In this document: positions 56,759 to 64,000 of the stretch, piece by piece
Position numbering within the stretch: the first letter of the stretch is position 1
How the letters are laid out: every line of letters begins with the position of its first letter
DNA from: Dictyostelium discoideum
Lineage: Eukaryota
Direction: 5' to 3'
Assembly: GCA_000004695.1 (NCBI GenBank)
Contig: CM000155.2
Span: 2,400,001-2,464,000 of the forward strand
DNA: 64,000 bases
Notes under the pieces: model-generated
The model's database searches: none
What the model was told of the DNA's origin: nothing
What the model saw: the letters and a program-made list of their open reading frames with translations, nothing else
Position numbers and translations under genes: made by a program

Positions 56759-57644
56759 TATTATTACTATTATTATGATGATAATCAATACCATTACTAC
56801 TATTATTATTTACTCCACTATTATTATTACTACTACCACCACCATTAGTATTATTACCACCACCACCACCAATTGAATTTGAGATTGAATTATTTGTAAA
56901 ATCATTTTTATCACCATCTCTATCTTTTAAAATTAAACTATCACCAGATGCGCTACAAGATATTTTTGAATTGAAATGAAGTATTTCTTTAATGATACCT
57001 TTACCATCTTGACCACTTTGAATTTGTGGTGGTAGAGTGTTTGGTATTTTAGTACGTAATAAATAATCGACTCTACCATTTACATTTTCATTATATAAAT
57101 ATTTATCATCACCAATCGATGATGAAACTTGTAAGATCTTTAAAATACATTCAAATAATGGATCTTTTGATGCTGCGCTACTACTAGATTTCTTCTCTTT
57201 ACTAACGAATGAATAGAGTTGATCAGATTTTGCTTTTATGAAATTGGTAACTCTAATTTCTGCTTCACCTTGATCGAAATTGAATTTTCTATTTTGGTCA
57301 AACAATTCCACACAACCCCAAATGAATGGTTGTTTAAATTTACCTAATCTTGAAACTCCTTCCTTCACCTCTGATTGAATCTTTGTTAATTCCTTTGCTT
57401 TTGGTGGATTAAAATAATGTTTTGTAGTTTCTTCTGGATCACCCAATATCACCTTATCAAAACAAATCACTAAATATAAATCTGAACTCTTTTCACATGA
57501 AAAAATACATTTTTGAATCTTTGTTGGTAATTGATTATCTAATGGATTAATTTGATTTAATGAATTAACTTGTGACTTTTTTTTTAAAAAAAAAAAAAAA
57601 AGAATATATATTAATAAAAATTTTAATATGATTTTTGTATTTTG

Positions 57645-57687
<43 letters not shown>

Positions 57688-58783
57688 ATAATTACATTTT
57701 TTGGTAATAAATCTAAATTTGTACCTAAATCAAAATGAAATTCTTCAGAAATAATACCAACTTCAGGTGATTTAGAATCGGAATCATCTACTTTATTTGC
57801 ATCAAATATAAACATTCTACCAAAAAATGGTTCAAAATTACCAATTTGTGGTTTAAAATCTGTACATTCTACTTTAAATTGAAATTCACTTTTTTTTTTT
57901 TTTTTTTTTTTTTTTTTATTAGTTTATATTTAATTTATATATATATACATATACATATAAATAATAATAATAATACTTACATATTTTCTAAAATTTTTTT
58001 ACCAACTTTTGGTGGATTAATAGTTGGTGATTCATCATTAATATAACAAGTTTGAAATAATGGAATTCTATTTGGAGATTTCATAAATTCAATTGATTTT
58101 TGATCAGGAGTTGGTTGAGTTGAGATTGCAATGATATCAGGATTTAAATCTTTTACAGAATCAGTTGGTGAGATTGAATCGAATTCACCATCTACTGAAT
58201 AGTTTTGAGATTGTAGTGGTTTTAAAGGTTGTGAATTCGATGGTGGTGGTAATGGATCACGAGTGACAACCGTCCAATCTTGGTTAAAGATATTCAATGA
58301 TTCTTGAACACCTTTGGGTAGTTTATCCATAATTGATGTAACCTCTGTTGGCACATTATTACCAACCAAATTTGTAACCCTTTTCTCTGTTGTCAATGAT
58401 AACAGGTCTGGTATTACTGATATCTTTAATGGGTCATTTATAATTGCTTTAGTAAAGAACGAATCTTCATAATCTTCAAATTTATATTCAATATCGATTC
58501 TACTCTTTTTTTTATCTGTATTATTACTTGATGGTGTAATTGGTGATACATTTACATTATTTGATGTATTACTTAAAATTGGTGTGCTGCCTGATGTTGG
58601 GTTATTATTATTACTATTTGGATTTGGTGAGGTTATTGGTTGTCCAAATTGTTGGCTTGCTCCAATTGGTGATTGCGACACTGACACTGAGGATGTAGAA
58701 TTATTGGTAGTAGATCCTACCATTTTTGATGTTGTTGCTGCTGATGTTGAATGACTATTGTTACTCATGGATGATGTATCCAT
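52128..58783 (-). CDS. DOCK-family Rho/Rac guanine-nucleotide exchange factor of about 2150 aa (DHR-1/C2-like region and C-terminal DHR-2/DOCKER domain). Three exons: 58783..57981, 57888..57696, 57575..52128.
   Basis: Exon 2 reads IEFQFKVECTDFKPQIGNFEPFFGRMFIFDANK (compare the DOCK N-terminal EPLFGSLALYD motif). The C-terminal 500 aa carry the DHR-2 signatures: YYRVAFYCQDLIPDLHGKEFVYKE, KHIYIQIISVDPY, FIFEIPFTKNGKTQ, EQWKKKIILTTPNYFPYLKKRLPIV, LTPIEASIELIQKKV, IHLQGCLLLQVNAGPLAICSSFL. Junctions: at|gtaagt..aaaaag|t, aat|gtaatt..aaaaag|tca. The poly(A)-containing intron 57695..57576 is read through in the track ORF as FFFFFFF. The 5' exon (MDTSSMSNN...KKILENM) is Ser/Thr/Asn-rich. Internal low-complexity inserts include GGGGGNNTNGGGSSNNNSG and poly-N, poly-T/S/P. 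Confidence 0.92.
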
Positions 58784-59074
58784 ACCTATTATTTTTTAAA
58801 AAAAAAATATAAAAAAATAAAAAAATAAAAATAAAAGTAAAAAATTAATATTTTTTTTTTTTTTGTTTTTTTCTTTTTTTTTTTTTTCTTTCTTTTTTTT
58901 TTTTTTTTCTTTTTTTTTTTCTTTTTTTATTTTTTTTATATTTTTTTTTTTTCTTTTTTTTATTTTTTTTTTTTTCTTTTTTTTCTTTTTTTTATTTTTT
59001 CTTTGTAAATCTTTCTTACAAAGGAAAAATATTTTTTATAATGCTATTGTATTTTGAAAAAAAAAAAAAGAACA

Positions 59075-59106
<32 letters not shown>

Positions 59107-59346
59107 ATAAAAAAAAAGAAAAAAAAAATAAAAAAATTATAATAGGGTTATAAAAATACAAAAAAAAAAAAAAAAAACACACACACTTACACAAATAAAG
59201 GTGGTGTTATTGTTATTTTGTGATGAAAGATAATTTAATTATATCTATCTTTTTTATTATTATTATTATTATTTTTTTAATTATTAATAATAAATATATT
59301 ATTAATTTTTATTTTTTTTTTAAAATAATTTTTTTTTGAAAAATTG

Positions 59347-59378
<32 letters not shown>

Positions 59379-59733
59379 CACAACAGTTAAAAAAAAAAAA
59401 AAAAAATTTTTAATTTAAATAATTTTCAAATAAAAAAAACATTTCTTGATCAAATTGGGTGCCTATAGGCAAAAAAAAAATAAAAATAAAAATAAAAAAA
59501 AAAATAAAAAAAAAAATAAATTTTTTAAAAAATAAAAAAAAAAAGATTATGGAACCTATAACCTTTTGGATAGGGTCATATCGACTAACTAAGGTTTCAT
59601 GGTATTTAAACAAATAATAAATTAAAAAAAATAAATAAAAAATAAAAAATAAAAAAACAGAAACATTCAAAACAAAATGATTACATTTTTATACTTTTTT
59701 CCAATTATGTTAAAAAAGGTTATATTAATAACG

Positions 59734-59764
<31 letters not shown>

Positions 59765-59802
59765 TAAAATAAAAAAAAAAAAAAAAAAATTATTTTCAAA
59801 GA

Positions 59803-59844
<42 letters not shown>

Positions 59845-60016
59845 ATTTAACCCTTTTTTTTTTTTTTTTTATTTTTATATCAACATAATAATAATGATGA
59901 CTATTTCATTAAATATTTATATTTATTTATATTTGTTTTCTTTATTTTTTGTTTCATGTGTATATGCTTACAAAATTTTAACACTTGTTTGATCAAACAC
60001 CTCTGTCGATAAAACG

Positions 60017-60047
<31 letters not shown>

Positions 60048-60150
60048 CTTTTTTTTTTTTTTTCAATTTTTTTTTTTTATTTTTATTTTTTAATTAAAAA
60101 AAAAAAAATTATAAAAAAATTAATTTGGAATTTCACACATAAATAAATAA

Positions 60151-60692
60151 ATGGATGAAACAGTATATCAAATTAAAGCAATTATAGTATTGGATAATAA
60201 TGGTAAAAGATTATGTAGTTGTTTCTATGATCCACCCGGCACCCCAATAACTCCACTCACTGAAAAGGATAAATTTGAGAAATTAATATTTGAAAAGTGT
60301 AAAACATCGAATTGTAAGTAAAAATTTATAAATTAATTAATAATTTTTTTTTTTTTCCCATTTTTAATTTTTATTTTTTTTATTTTTTATACTTTTTAGG
60401 TGAATTAGAAATAATAGATAATAAAGTTGTTATTGGATCAAAACAAAGTGATGTTTGGATATTTGTTGTTGGAAATTCATTAAATTCAAATGAATTAGCA
60501 TTATTGGACGTTTTAAATACATTAATATCATTATTTAAAAAGGCATGTGCAACTGATGAATCAATTATGATAACCAAAAAAACATTTTTAGAAAATTATG
60601 CTTTAATTAGATTATATATTGATGAAATTGTTAGTGATGGGTAAATATTATTTTATTTTTATTTTTATTTTAATATTACAAATTTAAATCTA

Positions 60693-60740
<48 letters not shown>

Positions 60741-60883
60741 ATATTTACAGAATTATTTTTGAAGTAGATGAAGAAACAATTTTAAATAGAGTTCCAATTG
60801 CTGATAATGCAGCCCAATCACTTAATGAAGCAATTGAAATGGCAAAAGAAAAGGCAAAAGGATTTGGATTTGGATTCTTGTAA
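60151..60883 (+). CDS. Coatomer zeta subunit (zeta-COP; AP-complex sigma-type small chain) of about 178 aa. Three exons: 60151..60313, 60400..60640, 60751..60883.
   Basis: MDETVYQIKAIIVLDNNGKRLCSCFYD...FEKLIFEKCKTSN|C|ELEIIDNKVVIGSKQSDVWIFVVGNSLNSNELALLDVLNTLISLFKK...ENYALIRLYIDEIVSDG|IIFEVDEETILNRV matches zeta-COP ([21 protein letters not shown]...[56 protein letters not shown]...[33 protein letters not shown]). Junctions: t|gtaagt..ttttag|gt, gg|gtaaat..ttacag|a. Confidence 0.9.
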
Positions 60884-61178
60884 ATAATATAAAATATAAA
60901 ATATAGATAATTTTTTTTTTTTTTTTTTCCCCAAACTTAATTATTTTTTTCCAAAAAAAAGATAGAAATTTTAAAAAGATCAATTTCCAAAGAATGTAAA
61001 TAAATAAATAAATATTAAAAATTGTATATAAAATATAATAATATATAAATATTTTTTTTTTTTTTGGTTTTTTTTTTTTTTTTTTTTTGTTTTTTTTTAT
61101 TTATTTATATTGGTAATTTAAAATAAAATCAAGTGAGGTGGTGGTGATGTGGTTAAGAAAATATTAATATATTTTTTT

Positions 61179-61209
<31 letters not shown>

Positions 61210-61260
61210 TTTCCAATGACAATTATTATATGTTATTATTATTGTTATTATTTATTTAAT

Positions 61261-62497
61261 TTAGTTTGATTTTTTAGTTGAGGTAGTTTGAGATTGTGGA
61301 ATGAGAGAGTGGAGTTTTGAAAGTGGTTCTTTGGCAAGAGCACATACTTTAGAGAATTGTTGGTCAATAACTTCTTTCTTTTCAACGTAGAGTCTTGGAA
61401 CAACAAAGGAAACGAGGAAACCAAAGTAGAGGATGGCAGTATTTGATAAACATTTGCTTAAACAACCGATTAAATAAAAAACGATGGCAAATTGAGCAGA
61501 GAGATAAACACTCTTGCAACCAAATACGTCCTTTGCAATACTTAAAACAGTGTTGATTAATTCAGCAACATTATTAACTTGTTTTTCAATGACAGCATCA
61601 TGAATATGGAAACTGAGAGTTTTTAATTGATCACTAAAAATTTGAGTATTTTATAATTTATAAAGTTAATGTTTGTGTGTGTGTGTAAGTATAATGTATA
61701 TATATATATAAATTGTAAATAAATTGAAGAAAATTACTTACGTGAATTGATTATTTAAAGATACACCTTGAACATATTTTGATAAAATTAAAGAGATTAA
61801 ATGGAAAAGTATAGAGGTGATAGTTACAGTGAAAGCTGTATAACCAAAGAGTGAAATTAAGCTATAGTTACAGAAAGAGATGAGAATAAAGACGAGGTTT
61901 ATAATTGCAAAGAGGATACCGGTTTGAACGATATCTTCCCACAAAACGATCTTCTTAACACATTCGAATGATGGATTCTTTTGAACTACTTTGCTGACTT
62001 TGCAAACTTGGCTACACATTGAGAATTCACCATTCATAGAGTATGGACAACCAGAATTACCAGATACAACTTGTTTGACGCCATCCTTAATATCATTAAT
62101 GGTGGCCTTTGCTGATGATGTGGTTGCTTCAATCTTTGATGAGACTACATTACTAACGTTCTCTGCGACTCCCTTTACATCATTCTTTAATTTATTGATA
62201 TCTTCTTTAACTTCTTCAATTGCTGCTTCAACTTTCTCTGTTGCTTCTTCTTTAACTTTTTCAACAGTTTCTTCAACTTGTTGTTCAACTTGTTCAATTT
62301 GTTCTATTTTTTTTTTAATATTATAATTATTAATTATTAATTTAAAGATTAAAATAAATTAAAATAAAAAAATAATTTTATAATGGTAATGATGTTCACC
62401 ATTTCGCACATCAAAAAAAAAAAAAAAAAAAAAAAAAAAACAAATAAATAAATAATTAAAAAAAAAATAGAAAATATTTACCTTGTGTGTCTTCCAT
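61261..62497 (-). CDS. Reticulon-family protein of about 316 aa (N-terminal coiled/acidic region plus a C-terminal reticulon homology domain with two long hydrophobic hairpins). Three exons: 62497..62482, 62303..61742, 61633..61261.
   Basis: MEDTQ|EQIEQVEQQVEETVEKVKEEATEKVEAA... then VKKIVLWEDIVQTGILFAIINLVFILISFCNYSLISLFGYTAFTVTITSILFHLISLILSKYVQG (compare the RHD consensus V.DLLYWRD...SG.VFG..L..L..L...S.ISV.AY.AL.LL.VTI.FRIY). The second hairpin is SVYLSAQFAIVFYLIGCLSKCLSNTAILYFGFLVSFVVPRLY. Junctions: g|gtaaat..aatag|aa, ac|gtaagt..tttttag|t. Confidence 0.8.
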
Positions 62498-63700
62498 TTT
62501 TAATTATGTGATTGATTTTAAAACAATAAACCAAAAGTTTTTTTTTTTTTTTGTAAATGCTGAGTGTGTGTTGGTTTTGTATAAAATTAAAAAAAAAAAA
62601 AAAAAAAAAAGAAATTTTTAAATTAAAAATTTTTTTTTTTTTTTTTTTTATTTTTTTTTTTAATTTTCTCTTTTTTTTTTTTTTTATTGTGAATGGTACA
62701 ATTGAAGTAATTGTAAAGCAACCAAAAAAAAAATTTTTTCTTAATTACTTTTTTTTTTTATTTTTTATTTTTTTTATTTTTTTTTTTTTTTTAATATTAA
62801 ATTTTTTTCTTGAATTTTAATTACAAATATTTTCATCTAATATTTTATTATTCTTATTCTCATCTCTTTTTTTATTTGAATTTTTTTTTATTTTTATTTT
62901 TTTTTATTTTATTTTACTTTTTTTATTTTACTTTTTTTAATTTTTATTTTTTATTTTTCTTTTTATTTTTTTTTTTATTATTTTTTTTATTTATTATTTT
63001 TCAATTATTTATTTTCATTTTTAATTATTATTTTTTGATCTTTAATTATTATTTTTTGAAACTTGAAACTTTTTTTTTAAAAATTTTGTTTATGAATTCC
63101 TAGTTAAAGCAACATGATAATAGTTTAATTTTTGTGTGTAATATTAAAGGAAAATAATAAATTAAAATATAGAAAAAAAAAAAAAATAAAAAAAAAATAA
63201 AAAAAATAAATAAATGGCACATACAAATAATTATTTATTTTCTTTTTATTTTTTAATAATTAAAAAAAAAAAATGAATTTAAAATTTTAATATTTGTAAT
63301 TTTTTTTTTATAAAAAAAATAAAAATGGAAATAATTATTATAACAATTATTTCATTTTTATTTTTTTATTTTTTTTTCATATTTTTTTTTTTTGATCATA
63401 AACCCAGAAACTTCATTTTTTTCATCAATTTTATTTTTTTTTAATTTTTTTTTTTTTTCATTTTATTTTTTATAAATTTTTTTTTTTTTTTTTCATTTTA
63501 TTTTTTTTTTCAATTTTTTTGATCATTTTTTTTTTTTTCGTTTTTTTTTTCATTTTTTCACATAAACTACAAAAAAAACATTTATTTGTTTTTTTTTTAT
63601 TTATTTTTATTTTTTTTTTTTTAAATATATATATTTATTTTTTTAGAAAAAAAAAAAAAAAAAAAAAAAAAATCAAAAAATTTAAAAAAGAAAAAATAAA

Positions 63701-64000
63701 ATGTCATACCAAATTACTAAAATCACTTCAGGTGAATTGAGAAATGGTATTGTCAAAGGTATAAAAACATCAGGTGTTATCAACAATTCATTTGGTGCTG
63801 TAAACTACACAATCAATACTAGTAACACTAGTAATAATATAAGTAATGGAAGAAGATCATATTCAAGCTCACTTTTTGAAGGTGAAGCAATGGGCGGTGG
63901 CGATAACAACCAACCAATAACAAAGAAAGCAAGATCACAAATCATTAGAGAAAAGAAACAAGCTGAACAGATTGAAACACAAAAAGCACAAGTGTTAGGG
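63701..64000 (+). CDS. 5' part of a gene that runs off the right edge of the window (unknown product, basic/Lys-rich start).
   Basis: ATG at 63701 follows a long poly(A) promoter-like tract. The open frame MSYQITKITSGELRNGIVKGIKTSGVINNSFGAVNYTINTSN...KKARSQIIREKKQAEQIETQKAQVLG continues to the end of the window. I see no recognisable domain in the visible 100 aa. Confidence 0.4.
   Translation, partial: MSYQITKITSGELRNGIVKGIKTSGVINNSFGAVNYTINTSNTSNNISNGRRSYSSSLFEGEAMGGGDNNQPITKKARSQIIREKKQAEQIETQKAQVLG

Overview
This window reads as nuclear chromosomal DNA from a Dictyostelium-type social amoeba (most likely D. discoideum or a close relative). It is about 75-80% AT. Introns are short and AT-rich with GT..AG ends, typically gtaagt/gtatgt at the donor and (t)nag at the acceptor. 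Intergenic regions have long poly(A)/poly(T) tracts, and AAT/CAA/AGT codon runs inside genes encode poly-Asn, poly-Gln and poly-Ser. There are no prokaryotic features: no operons, CRISPR arrays, rRNA or recognisable tRNAs. The window holds about 21 protein-coding loci with 0-10 introns each, most recognisable by homology. On the + strand: eIF3 subunit E, an FNIP-repeat protein, an Asn/Gln-rich hypothetical protein, an 11-mer-repeat (LEA/perilipin-like) protein, a NATD1-like mini-protein, a 4-TM protein, exportin-6 (11 exons), zeta-COP and a partial gene at the right edge. On the - strand: a myristoylation-motif LRR protein, a Ras GTPase (RasB-like, 4 exons), a DDX5/Dbp2-type DEAD-box helicase with an RGG tail, a large secreted/type-I TM protein, a full TEP1 (telomerase/vault-associated protein 1; TROVE-NACHT-WD40) orthologue, a PAQR receptor, an Aa_trans amino-acid transporter, a Methyltransf_16 lysine methyltransferase, a degenerate cytochrome P450 locus with an in-frame stop (probable pseudogene), a 3-exon Cys-rich secreted protein, a roughly 2150-aa DOCK-family Rho-GEF and a reticulon. 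Splice junctions were deduced by hand from frame continuity and homology, so exon ends are good to a few bases but are not experimentally supported. The ORF track reports TTG/GTG starts as M, so several track 'M' positions are not real initiators. I found no mobile elements and no bacterial-style defence island. The most noteworthy items are the TEP1 orthologue, the decayed P450, several lineage-specific secreted, low-complexity or orphan-like genes, long pure trinucleotide repeats, and a few GC-richer non-coding islands and a repeated 13-mer in intergenic DNA.
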